Virus record (IMG/VR): IMGVR_UViG_3300047160_006900
Span: 53,406 to 117,405 of that record
From: a virus
DNA length: 64,000 bases
Reading direction: 5' to 3' (one strand)
Made by a program: the position numbers and the translations under genes. Positions 10,463 to 20,278 of the stretch are shown in pieces; the first letter of the stretch is position 1; each line of letters begins with the position of its first letter. The notes beneath the pieces are model-generated. The model made no database searches. It worked only from the letters and a program-made list of their open reading frames with translations, and was not told the origin of the DNA.

Positions 10463-13272
10463 GGAATATCCGGACTGGCAGCTACAAGAGCTTCCGTCGA
10501 CCGTGGCCCCGAACCGAGATCCCTGGCCCTCCGGTGGGCGTGGCTGTGGCTAACCCCCCGATTCTGCAGGCCGCTGCCGGAAATGCTTCCGTGGTCTTGA
10601 CGTGGACTGTGCCCTTCGGAGCGGGGAGCACCGTTACTGGCTACAAGGTGTACAAGAACGGTTCCCTGCTCAGCCAGGTGACCGGTTTGACCCTCACCGA
10701 CAACTCCGTGACCAACGGGACGACGTATTTCTATGCCGTCTCGGCGCTGAACGCCATTGGGGAGAGCCTGACCTCACCCCCAGTGAGTGCGACTCCCTCC
10801 GGCACGCAGCCGACGGCTCCTCCGGCCCCGGTGATCACGGGGACGGCAGGGGACAAAACCGCCGCTGCTCACTGGGGCACTTTGGTAACCGGGGGATCCC
10901 CCATCACCCACTTGCAGCCGCTCCTGAATGGGTCGGCAGTGGACGATTTCTCTGACCCGAACAACATCAACGGTGGGATCGCCACTTACACCAATCTGAC
11001 CAACGGTACCTTGTACGCCCTCAGCATCAAGGTGATCAATGCTGTCGGCTCTGCTACTTCCAACGTGGTGAATGTGACCCCGGTGGGGGCAGCGACGGCT
11101 CCGTCGGCCCCGGTCCTGCAACTCACGGCGGGGAACACGCAGAACACCTTGACGTGGAATACCCCGGCCAATGGTGGGTCTGCCATCACGGGGTACAAGC
11201 TGTATCGGAACACGGTTGCCTTGCTCACCCTGGGCGTGGTGACGACCTACACCGATACCGGGCTGACCAATGGGACGCTGTACACCTACACGATCACCGC
11301 CCTCAATGCGGTAGGGGAGAGCGTTCAGTCGGCGGCGGTGGCCGGGACTCCGACTGGTACCCAGACTGTCCCCGGGGCTCCGGTGTTGTCCGGGACGGTC
11401 GGAGACACCTTCGTCAACCTGACCTGGACGGTCCCGGCGACGGGGGGTGCAGCCCTCACTGGCTACAAGATCTATCGGGGTGGGGTGTTGGTCACCAGCA
11501 CGGTCCCGGGAACGACCTACACGGATTCAGGCCTGACCAACGGCACGGCCTATACGTACACCGTGTCGGCGGTCAACAGCGTCGGAGAAGGGCCACTGTC
11601 GAATGCCCTGGTGCGGACCCCGGTGGCTGCCACCGGTTCACCCACTCTCCCCGCCAACCAACTGGTGGGTCAGCCCTCGTATCGGGCGATCTCCTGGGGC
11701 GGGGCGAACTTCGTGGACGTCAGTCAATCCGAGATGGATACCTGGAAGGGTTGGGGGTTCTATGCGACATCCACCGCTGGGATCGCTGGTTATATCGGTC
11801 AAGCGCTGAGTGGGTCTGGACAGCTTCCTATTGATACGCCGAATCATGCGGGGTCTCAGTATCAGTGGCAGCGAGCCTTTGAGGGGTACACGGTCAGTGG
11901 GGTTAACACCTCAGGTCCGGATTCCAACGTCATCCTGGGTCTGGGTCCCTTCTATCGAACGAAGATCCATAACGACCCGACCTATGAGTCGTATCTCTCG
12001 GTCCATCCGGATACCTATCCGACCGGCGTATCCCCAGTCCTGCATGACTGGTGGGACGACACTTGGTGGGCCAACACAGCGGCATGGTTTGGAATGGTGG
12101 CTCGGGATCTCAAGAATGTCCTGGGGGGATCCGGTATCGGCTTCGATACTGAGAGCGGAGCCTGGGGCACGCTGGTAGCAGGCCATACCTGGGATCAGCA
12201 GAACCAGCAGGTCTTTAACCGTGGCTATCAGTGCGCCACGGCGTTCTGGCAGAACTTCCCGGATGGGAAGGTCTTCACCTACGACTACCGCCACTCCGGT
12301 GGCTGGCAGGAATACCTCTCTGGGTTCTACAACTCGGGTGATACCCGAACCATGCGTGCTAGCGGAGCCCAGACGTACTGGCATCTCGGTTGGGTCAAGG
12401 CGATGTGTGACTTTGGGAGTGTCAACTCCCGGCACATGACCATGGACGCCGTGTTCTACGTCTGGGGGGAATACGGATATCAGGCTGCGAACGGGACCGA
12501 CTGTCGAATCGCCCGCTTGAAGATCAACTGCGAGAGCGGCATGTCGCTGATGTCCCAGGAATATCCCTACGGGGTCGGGCAGGCGTCCTGGAGCAAGGGT
12601 GGGGACCGGATCCGGTTCATCCCGGCGTCCTGGCCTGATGGCGCTTCCGACAAGACCACCATGACTTCTCCGGCGACCTGGGCAGTGCAGACCGCTGCTG
12701 ACCGGGAAGGAAGCATGGGGGAGTGGCGGTGTGTCTACCACGGAACTGAATCTGGTTCCGCTGGATGGCCGGGAGGGACTCCGGGTGGAACGTTCTACTC
12801 CGTCTACGGGAATACCAGTAGTGCGGTCTGGGGTATGGGGACGACGCATCTTGCGGCGAACCAGGCTGCAGCGAACCCGGCTGCGCTCACTGGTGATACC
12901 CAGGTAGCGACCTGTATCAACCTCTCCTGGACCGGATCGACGTTGACCTGTCGTGCCGCCCACAAGTACGGCATCTGGTATGTCGAGGTCTTCAACGGGG
13001 CCGCCTTCAACCCGGCCAACCCTGAGGCCTCCCGGCTGGGGCTCATGCAAATGTCCTGGGGGCGTCCGTCGTGGCCGGAGTATGTCGGGGCTGCTGGGAG
13101 TGCCGGGGGGTCTCCGTCGAACGCCAACATGTACACGACGGGAGCCATGGTTGCGGACAGCTACGTGGACTGCACCTTCCCCACCTCGGGAGCGGTCGGG
13201 GACTGGCGGGTGCTCAAGGTCATGACGGCCAAGATGGACACGTCCTGGTTCAAGGTGCAGCGGACGTCATGA
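10459..13272 (+). CDS. Array gene B: leader + 4 FN3 + glycosidase-like core + C-terminal domain
   Basis: FN3 repeats; GSGIGFDTE motif; aromatic-rich core. Confidence 0.8.
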   Translation: MRNIRTGSYKSFRRPWPRTEIPGPPVGVAVANPPILQAAAGNASVVLTWTVPFGAGSTVTGYKVYKNGSLLSQVTGLTLTDNSVTNGTTYFYAVSALNAIGESLTSPPVSATPSGTQPTAPPAPVITGTAGDKTAAAHWGTLVTGGSPITHLQPLLNGSAVDDFSDPNNINGGIATYTNLTNGTLYALSIKVINAVGSATSNVVNVTPVGAATAPSAPVLQLTAGNTQNTLTWNTPANGGSAITGYKLYRNTVALLTLGVVTTYTDTGLTNGTLYTYTITALNAVGESVQSAAVAGTPTGTQTVPGAPVLSGTVGDTFVNLTWTVPATGGAALTGYKIYRGGVLVTSTVPGTTYTDSGLTNGTAYTYTVSAVNSVGEGPLSNALVRTPVAATGSPTLPANQLVGQPSYRAISWGGANFVDVSQSEMDTWKGWGFYATSTAGIAGYIGQALSGSGQLPIDTPNHAGSQYQWQRAFEGYTVSGVNTSGPDSNVILGLGPFYRTKIHNDPTYESYLSVHPDTYPTGVSPVLHDWWDDTWWANTAAWFGMVARDLKNVLGGSGIGFDTESGAWGTLVAGHTWDQQNQQVFNRGYQCATAFWQNFPDGKVFTYDYRHSGGWQEYLSGFYNSGDTRTMRASGAQTYWHLGWVKAMCDFGSVNSRHMTMDAVFYVWGEYGYQAANGTDCRIARLKINCESGMSLMSQEYPYGVGQASWSKGGDRIRFIPASWPDGASDKTTMTSPATWAVQTAADREGSMGEWRCVYHGTESGSAGWPGGTPGGTFYSVYGNTSSAVWGMGTTHLAANQAAANPAALTGDTQVATCINLSWTGSTLTCRAAHKYGIWYVEVFNGAAFNPANPEASRLGLMQMSWGRPSWPEYVGAAGSAGGSPSNANMYTTGAMVADSYVDCTFPTSGAVGDWRVLKVMTAKMDTSWFKVQRTS

Positions 13273-15152
13273 AAGGCCTCCGGACCGCTGCGAGCTATCG
13301 GTCGTGGAAGGTTCCACGGCCGTCCCTGGAGGTCCCTGGGCCTCCGGTGGGTGGGGCGGTGGTTCCAGCGGCTCCGTCGTTGGTGGGTACGGCCGGAGTC
13401 GGGCAGGCGAATCTGTCGTGGACCGTTCCCGCTAATGGGGGCAGCACAATCACCAGCTACAACATCTATCGCAATGGGGTGTTCTTGGCCTCGGTCGCCA
13501 ACAACCCCATTCCGATGATTCCCGCTGATGTGGTAGCAGCGACTCCAACCTGGCAGTTCATCAGCCAGGGCAGCTACGAGAACTACAACGCCAGCGCTGC
13601 CAACTATCAGACCTGGAAGGGTTGGGGTATCGGCGGTCATGTGTTCCGGCTGGGCGCTGCCGGTGACAACATGACGCAGATCGGGCAGGGCACCACCACC
13701 GCCAACGTGTTGGATGACCCCCACAAGTGGCAGCACGCCATGGAGGGTTACGCCTACAACGGGATCAACACGACCAACCCGACGTCGAACGTGCAGCAAA
13801 ACATGGGGATCAAGATCGCCCATGACACCGATCCGTCGATCGAGTTGTGGATGTGGATCCAGCTCATGTTGCCGGGTGATCCGTGGGACGACGCCGCCTG
13901 GTCGGCATGGGCGACGTTCATGGCTGGTCGGGCGGCGTGTCTGAAGTTCTTCGGCGGGACTGGGTTCTTCACTGATACTGAGCGGCCCGGGAAGGGCAAC
14001 GGGACCACCCAGTTCTCGCAGGGTGTGTGTTGGGACGTCAACGCCCAGCCGACCAGTCCCGGTCACATCGTCAATCCGGCCGACACGGGCCACACGTTCT
14101 CCCAGATGTGTACGCAGATGGAAGCTCGGGGCTATCAGGTCGGCCAGCAGATCTACGCCGCTTTTCCTGATATCTCGATCGGCTACTACGACACGATCCC
14201 CACCGGGTCGTGGGTGAACATGAACGTCTACCCGCAGACCGACGGGACGACCACCACCCCGCAGGTGCTCCCCGACCCGGGGACCGGCTATCGGGGTGGG
14301 TACGACGGCTGCACGCAGAACGCCTACAACCCGAAGATGCAGTTGCTGCTGGGGATGCTCCGGGCAGGTATGGAGGCGAACACCAAGGGCACCTTTACGT
14401 TCGTGGATCATCGTCTCGGCTACTACCTGGGTGCTGCGGCTACTGGTAATAGCTCCGTCGACTACCAGACAGCATGGAAGTGGAGCAATCACTACATACT
14501 CGCCCATTTCAGCCAGGAGTTGTCCCAACCGATGCGGGACTTCTGGATGTCCAAGTTGCACAACACGTTCAACACCTGGGGGAACGCCGAATCGGTGAGC
14601 ACCTTCTCCCAGCAAAACGAGGTGAGCGAGGCGGGGTACAACACGCAACTGACCTATGCCCGGAAATGGGCGACGAGTACCCGTATGTTCAACTTCCAGA
14701 ACTGGCCTCGTCCTGACGGCATCACTCCGGCCGGGACCGGGTTGTGGTCGGGGCAATGCCCCTACACTTACCCGACGACCCGTATCCCAGCGATGCAGAC
14801 GCTGGCGTCGCAGACGCAGAATGTCGATTCGACGCCGATCACGGTGGGGACGATCGGCCAGGCTCGGAGTGGGACCACGGTGACGCTCACCTTCTCCTGC
14901 TCGCATGTCATTGGGATCCATCACGTCCACTGGACGTTGTACGCCTCGGATGGGAACACCATCGCTGGACAAGGCGAAGCGGTGATGACCGTCAACCTGA
15001 ATGGGGCTACGACCACTACACCGATAGCCAGCTTTAACCCGTCGATGGATTGCACGGTGACGGTACCGAACGCCATCGCCGGTCTCTACGTCATCCTGGA
15101 CGTGTACTCCATCAAGGACCAACGCACGTCTCGACTAGTGCAGGTGACGTGA
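13269..15152 (+). CDS. Array gene A': leader + N-terminal half of an FN3 + A-type core and C-terminal domain
   Basis: ATGA overlap at 13269; GTGFFTDTE motif; C-terminus paralogous to gene A. Confidence 0.8.
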   Translation: MKGLRTAASYRSWKVPRPSLEVPGPPVGGAVVPAAPSLVGTAGVGQANLSWTVPANGGSTITSYNIYRNGVFLASVANNPIPMIPADVVAATPTWQFISQGSYENYNASAANYQTWKGWGIGGHVFRLGAAGDNMTQIGQGTTTANVLDDPHKWQHAMEGYAYNGINTTNPTSNVQQNMGIKIAHDTDPSIELWMWIQLMLPGDPWDDAAWSAWATFMAGRAACLKFFGGTGFFTDTERPGKGNGTTQFSQGVCWDVNAQPTSPGHIVNPADTGHTFSQMCTQMEARGYQVGQQIYAAFPDISIGYYDTIPTGSWVNMNVYPQTDGTTTTPQVLPDPGTGYRGGYDGCTQNAYNPKMQLLLGMLRAGMEANTKGTFTFVDHRLGYYLGAAATGNSSVDYQTAWKWSNHYILAHFSQELSQPMRDFWMSKLHNTFNTWGNAESVSTFSQQNEVSEAGYNTQLTYARKWATSTRMFNFQNWPRPDGITPAGTGLWSGQCPYTYPTTRIPAMQTLASQTQNVDSTPITVGTIGQARSGTTVTLTFSCSHVIGIHHVHWTLYASDGNTIAGQGEAVMTVNLNGATTTTPIASFNPSMDCTVTVPNAIAGLYVILDVYSIKDQRTSRLVQVT

Positions 15153-17728
15153 TGCCGGTCCCGACGACCTACACCGATACCGCTGTGACCGGCGGAATCT
15201 CGTACTCCTACGCTGTGTCGGCGGTGAATGCGGTCGGGGAGGGTTCTCGATCGAACACGGTCTCAGTGATCCCTACCACGGTGGCGACCGCTCCCCCCGC
15301 CCCCACCATCACGGTGACGGCGGGAAATGCTTCGGCCACTATCCACTGGACGTGGCCGTTGGCCGACGGTGGGTCTCCGATCACCCACCTGCAGCCCTTT
15401 ATGAACGGGGTGCAGATCGATGATTTGTCGGCACCGTCCTCGTTGTCCGCAGGGGTCTACACGTTCAACAACCTGACCAACGGGACGTCCTACAGCTTCT
15501 TCATCCGGGTCGTGAACGCCATCGGGACCAGCCCGAACTCCAACACTGTGTCGGCCACCCCGGTGGCGGCTGCTACGGCCCCGTCGGCTCCGGTGTTGTC
15601 AGGGACGGCCGGGAATGCCCAGGCGGTGTTGAACTGGACTACTCCCGCCAATGGGGGATCGGCCATCACCGGATACAAGGTGTATCGGGGTGGGGGTCTC
15701 ATCACCACGTTGGGCGTGGTGAACACCTACACCAACACTGGCCTGACCAACGGGACGGGATACAACTACACGGTCACGGCGATCAATGCGGTGGGAGAGA
15801 GCACTCAATCCAACACGGTGACGCTCACGCCATCGGCTCCAGTTATCACCGTGCCCTCGGCTCCGGTGTTGTCGGGGACGGCGTCCAGCACCCAGGTCAG
15901 TCTGTCCTGGACGACGCCTTCCTCCAATGGTGGAGCAGCGATCACCGGGTACAACCTCTATCGGGGTGGGGCTCAACTGGTGATCCTGGGCGTGGTGACG
16001 TCCTACAACGACACCGGCCTGATCAATGGGACGGCCTACTCCTATTCCGTGACGGCGGTTAACAGCCAGGGGCAGAGTGCTCAATCGAACACGGTGACGT
16101 TGACCCCCTCCGTGGTGTCCTCACCGACGCTGCCTGCCAATCAGATCGTCGGCCAGCCGTCGTGGAAATCAACTTCCTGGGGCGGCTACGGGTACATCTA
16201 CGCCTATACCGCTCTGATCGATAGCTGGGTACCGTGGGGGTTCGTCGGTCAAGCCGTCTTCAGCCCCGCCACCCACTTGGGCCTCGGAATGACGGGAAGC
16301 TCCCAGCTAGCGACCGATGTGCCGAACACTCCGGGTTCCCAATACGCCGACCAACGAAGTCAGGAGGGGCTGGCCAATGGGACGGTCGGGATCGCTGGTC
16401 GGGGTTCCTTCTACAACCAGAAGACCCATGACCCGACCAATGAGACGTACCTGAAGTTCTATACCAATAACCAACAGAACACGGGGACGTATCCACCGTT
16501 CCACGATTGGTTCGATGACGCTTTCTGGACGAACACCGGGTATCCCTGGTTCGCCATGATCGGTCGGGATGTCAAGAACCTTGGGGGTTCTGGGATCGGA
16601 TTCGATACCGAACCTGCGGACTGGTCCAAGCTGGCTCCCGGGAAGACCGCAGCCCAACAAGAGCAGCAAGTGTTCAACGTCGCCTATGAATGCGCCCGTC
16701 AGTTCTACACGAACTTCCCGAACGGCGGGGAACTCTCCTACATGTGGAACTCCCCGCAGGGTGGGTTCGGGCACTGGCTTCGTGGCTGGTACTACAACGG
16801 CGATACCCGGATCGGCACGACTCAGATTGGTGCAAACGCCACTTGGTACTTCGCCTGGTTGAAGGGGATGTGTGATTTCGGGGGGCCGGGCGCAAAGGTC
16901 ATCCACATGCAGGCCGATTTCTATTCCCTCGGGGAGGGTTCGGCGGGCATGAATGGGGAGTCGAATCAGTACAACACCCGGTTGGCGAAGCTGAAGATGC
17001 AGGCCGAGGGGATTTATGCGTGCTTGTCACAGCCCTATCCCCTGGGGCTTGGGGCAACGTCGTGGAATAACGGCTGCGACAAGATCTATTTCGTCCCATC
17101 CGCATGGGCGGCGGGATACACCACGAACCCGAGGATGAACCCGTCGCAGTGGATGACCATGATGACCTGTGACCGTGTCGGCAGTATTGGGCCGTACAAG
17201 AACACCTACATGGGTGGCGATGCGGGTGGTCTTTCCTCCACACCGGATTCGAAGTGGTACGCCATCGCTGGTGATTCCACTTCGGCGGTCCAGGGCTTCG
17301 GTACCACCCACAATGCCGCCTGTGTAGCGGGGGCGGATCAGACGCCGATCCCGACCGTAGCTCCTACCTGTACGAACCTGTCCTGGACCGGTTCCACGAT
17401 CTCCTGTCGGGCAGCGCATCAGTACGGGGTCATCTACGTCAAGGTCTACAACGGGGCTGGGTTCGACCCAGCGAATCCTGACCCCAACTATCTCGGGGCC
17501 ATGCAGATGGTCTGGAATCACCCCAGCCTGCCTGACTACGTCGGGATCGCCGGGAACGCCCCTGGAGGTAGTAATCCCGGCGCTAGTGCTATCACGCTGG
17601 CCAAGATGGCTGATACTTATCAGCAATGCACGTACCCGACTACGGGGAACTTGGGAGATTGGCGGGTCCTGAAAGTGGTCTCCGCCAAGATGGATGTGGG
17701 CTGGTTCAAGGTCCAACGCACGTCATGA
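15152..17728 (+). CDS. Array gene B': C-terminal half of an FN3 + 3 FN3 + B-type core and C-terminal domain
   Basis: TGATG coupling; begins MPVPTTYTD, mid-FN3; GSGIGFDTE; ends WFKVQRTS like gene B. Confidence 0.8.
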   Translation: MPVPTTYTDTAVTGGISYSYAVSAVNAVGEGSRSNTVSVIPTTVATAPPAPTITVTAGNASATIHWTWPLADGGSPITHLQPFMNGVQIDDLSAPSSLSAGVYTFNNLTNGTSYSFFIRVVNAIGTSPNSNTVSATPVAAATAPSAPVLSGTAGNAQAVLNWTTPANGGSAITGYKVYRGGGLITTLGVVNTYTNTGLTNGTGYNYTVTAINAVGESTQSNTVTLTPSAPVITVPSAPVLSGTASSTQVSLSWTTPSSNGGAAITGYNLYRGGAQLVILGVVTSYNDTGLINGTAYSYSVTAVNSQGQSAQSNTVTLTPSVVSSPTLPANQIVGQPSWKSTSWGGYGYIYAYTALIDSWVPWGFVGQAVFSPATHLGLGMTGSSQLATDVPNTPGSQYADQRSQEGLANGTVGIAGRGSFYNQKTHDPTNETYLKFYTNNQQNTGTYPPFHDWFDDAFWTNTGYPWFAMIGRDVKNLGGSGIGFDTEPADWSKLAPGKTAAQQEQQVFNVAYECARQFYTNFPNGGELSYMWNSPQGGFGHWLRGWYYNGDTRIGTTQIGANATWYFAWLKGMCDFGGPGAKVIHMQADFYSLGEGSAGMNGESNQYNTRLAKLKMQAEGIYACLSQPYPLGLGATSWNNGCDKIYFVPSAWAAGYTTNPRMNPSQWMTMMTCDRVGSIGPYKNTYMGGDAGGLSSTPDSKWYAIAGDSTSAVQGFGTTHNAACVAGADQTPIPTVAPTCTNLSWTGSTISCRAAHQYGVIYVKVYNGAGFDPANPDPNYLGAMQMVWNHPSLPDYVGIAGNAPGGSNPGASAITLAKMADTYQQCTYPTTGNLGDWRVLKVVSAKMDVGWFKVQRTS

Positions 17729-17768
17729 ACACGTTGCAACGCCGCCTGGCTCGTAGATCTACCTCATG

Positions 17769-17799
17769 GAGTACTCATCGCCTAACCCGAGCACTCATC
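17769..17799 (+). repeat. Direct repeat GAG(T/C)ACTCATC x2, 20-bp period, upstream of the sheath RBS
   Basis: GAGTACTCATC at 17769 and GAGCACTCATC at 17789. Confidence 0.55.
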
Positions 17800-17811
17800 T
17801 AGGAGCCTGCT

Positions 17812-19662
17812 ATGTCAACTGATCTCCGGAAGCCCGGTGTCTACGTCGAGGAGTCGCTGCTCCTCGGGACGCCCGACGTCTCTGCGGCCACATCGGTGGC
17901 GCTGTTCGTGGGAGCGGCCGGGAAAGGACCGATCTCCTACCCGGTGCTGCTTAACTCCTGGTCGGACTACGTCCTGAGTTTCGGGGCGTTCGACACCATG
18001 GTGGGACCGGCGGGGGACACCAACGTTTACACCACGTACCTGCCCTACGCCGTGTACTCGTACTTCCAGAACGGTGGACAACCGGCCTACGTGTACCGGG
18101 CCGTGGGCTCGACTTCCGGAGGCGCTGCTGAACTCACCGTGACCGACGGGCAGAGTGAGTTCGCCACGGTCCAGTCGGTGCAGTTCACGGCGGGGACCGG
18201 CCAGGACACCGGGACTGGTCGGGTCACGATCACCACCGTGGGGCCGCACGGCTATGACGCCGAGGACATGGTGTCCACCGTGGTGGACACCAACACCTTC
18301 GTGAACGCCACTGCCGGTGTCTCGGTCATCTCCGACACCAAGTACGCCTACTACATCACGTCGGACCACATCGATATGACCGACACTCCGGACACGGGTG
18401 TCGCCTCCACCACGGGTGAAGAGGTCTTCACGGTCTCGGCCAACAGCGTTGGCTCGGGAGGGAACTCCCTCGGGATCACCATCCAGATCGTGGATCCCAT
18501 CAACGGGGTGTTCAACCTCAGCATCTACAGCAACACTACTGAGGTCGAGCGGTTCCAGTACCTGACCATGACCGGGGACACCCCCGGGACCCGCAAGCTG
18601 GATGCGGCGATCAACGACCCCTACTCCGGCTCCACGTTGGTGAGGGTGTCGAACCCCGACAGCACCCTGGTCCCGGCCAGTATCTCCAACATCATGAATC
18701 TCTACGGTGGGGTGGACCCCGGCCTGCCCGACCCGGCCACCGACTTCATCACCACTGCCCAGGCAGCGGCGGGGGTCATCGATGGGCCGATCATCGTCAA
18801 CCTCGTCGGCTACACCACCAACACCAACGACCCGGATGCGTTCCAGATCCCGGCGGCGGTGTCCTCGGCCACCTTCGGGGACCGGGGAGACATCTTCGTG
18901 GTTAATGACGGGGCCAAGCAGCGTCCGTACAACCTGTCCCCGGCGGCGTACAAGACCAGCCTCAGCGCCACGCTGGGCCAGAACGCCGGGGACTCGTACA
19001 CGGCCTCGTTCACCCCGTGGATCATCATCCCCGACCCCAAGAGCGCAGGGGCCACGATCACCGTCCCTCCGGGTGGTGCCGTGGCTGGGGTCATCAGTCG
19101 GGTTGATAGCACTATCGGGGTGTTCCGTGCCCCAGCGGGCATCGTGGCCCAGGTCACCAACGCTGTCGGGGTGGACACCAAGTTCTCCGACAACGACCTG
19201 GGGGATCTCAACGTCTCCAATATCAATGTCATCCGGCCCGTGCAGGGGCAGGGCATCGCCGTCATGGGGGCCCGGACTCGCAAGCTGTACGGAGCGGACC
19301 GCTACATCTCCGGTCGCCGCACGCTCATCTACATCAAGGAGAGTCTGCGACGGTCCACGCAGTACGCATTGTTTGAGAACAACGACCAGCGGTTGTGGTC
19401 GCAGTTGATCATGACCGCCGAGCGACTGCTCCGGCCGCTGTGGGAGGCCGGTGGTCTGCGGGGCAACAACGCTACCCAGGCGTACTACATCCAGTGCGAC
19501 GACGTGATCAACACCCCCGCCATGATCCAGTCAGGCGAGGTTCGGATGGAGGTCGGGGTGTCGCTGGAGTACCCCGCCGAGTTCATCGTTATCCGGGTCA
19601 CGCAGTTTGAGAGTGGTGGAACCACCGCCGAAGTCATCCAGCCCGTTGGACCAACCGGTTAA
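17812..19662 (+). CDS. Tail sheath protein
   Basis: KPGVYVEE start; YFQNGG; VPPGGAVAG; VFRAPAG; FENND..LW; YPAEFIVIR. Confidence 0.97.
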   Translation: MSTDLRKPGVYVEESLLLGTPDVSAATSVALFVGAAGKGPISYPVLLNSWSDYVLSFGAFDTMVGPAGDTNVYTTYLPYAVYSYFQNGGQPAYVYRAVGSTSGGAAELTVTDGQSEFATVQSVQFTAGTGQDTGTGRVTITTVGPHGYDAEDMVSTVVDTNTFVNATAGVSVISDTKYAYYITSDHIDMTDTPDTGVASTTGEEVFTVSANSVGSGGNSLGITIQIVDPINGVFNLSIYSNTTEVERFQYLTMTGDTPGTRKLDAAINDPYSGSTLVRVSNPDSTLVPASISNIMNLYGGVDPGLPDPATDFITTAQAAAGVIDGPIIVNLVGYTTNTNDPDAFQIPAAVSSATFGDRGDIFVVNDGAKQRPYNLSPAAYKTSLSATLGQNAGDSYTASFTPWIIIPDPKSAGATITVPPGGAVAGVISRVDSTIGVFRAPAGIVAQVTNAVGVDTKFSDNDLGDLNVSNINVIRPVQGQGIAVMGARTRKLYGADRYISGRRTLIYIKESLRRSTQYALFENNDQRLWSQLIMTAERLLRPLWEAGGLRGNNATQAYYIQCDDVINTPAMIQSGEVRMEVGVSLEYPAEFIVIRVTQFESGGTTAEVIQPVGPTG

Positions 19663-19672
19663 GGAGTAATCA

Positions 19673-20263
19673 ATGGCAACTACCAGCCTGTCGGAACGTA
19701 CCCGGTTGGTTGCTGACCCGCTGCGGAACTTCAAGTTCCAGTTGGAGATCTTCCACAGCGATGGTCAGCTTCAGTCGGACATCGGGAAGATGGGGTTCAC
19801 TTCCGTCGAAGGTCTCAACATGTCGACGGAGATGATCCCCTACCGTGAGGGTGGTTGGAACACCAACCCGCACAAGATGCCGGGGATGACCGACTTCTCT
19901 CCGGTCACCCTCAGCAGCGGGGTGTTCTACCAGAAGCCCGGGATGTGGAATCTGGCGAAGCAGATGTTCGCCGTCCAGTGGGGCAACGGCACCATCGGTG
20001 CCCTACAGGACTATCGCTTCGACATGCTCATCCGGGTCTTCGACCACCCGGTCACCACCGGTCCCGGCGCTGCCGTCCGAGGGGATGTCACGGGAGCGGT
20101 GCTGGCGTATCAGGTCTACAACGCCTGGGTCGCCAACATCGCCTTCTCGGGCCTCAACTCCATGGACAACGCCATCCTGGTCGAGCAGATGACCGTCCAC
20201 CACGAAGGGTTGGACGTGTTCTGGGGGACTCAGGAGACTGCCACACTGCGTCACTCGGTCTAG
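19673..20263 (+). CDS. Tail tube protein (T4 gp19-like)
   Basis: DPLRNFKF, GF.SVEGL, YREGG, KMPG, and VEQMTVHHEG motifs. Confidence 0.95.
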   Translation: MATTSLSERTRLVADPLRNFKFQLEIFHSDGQLQSDIGKMGFTSVEGLNMSTEMIPYREGGWNTNPHKMPGMTDFSPVTLSSGVFYQKPGMWNLAKQMFAVQWGNGTIGALQDYRFDMLIRVFDHPVTTGPGAAVRGDVTGAVLAYQVYNAWVANIAFSGLNSMDNAILVEQMTVHHEGLDVFWGTQETATLRHSV

Positions 20264-20278
20264 TCAGGAGAACCAACC

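Noticed and set aside
6893-17728. Diversity-generating retroelement or invertase shufflon
   Set aside because: No reverse transcriptase or recombinase in the window, no adenine-specific template/variable repeat pair, and all cassettes are co-oriented
17725-17802. 25-aa ORF MNTLQRRLARRSTSW.. coupled to gene B'
   Set aside because: No similarity to the array leader; the ATGA is probably inherited from the duplicated end of gene B
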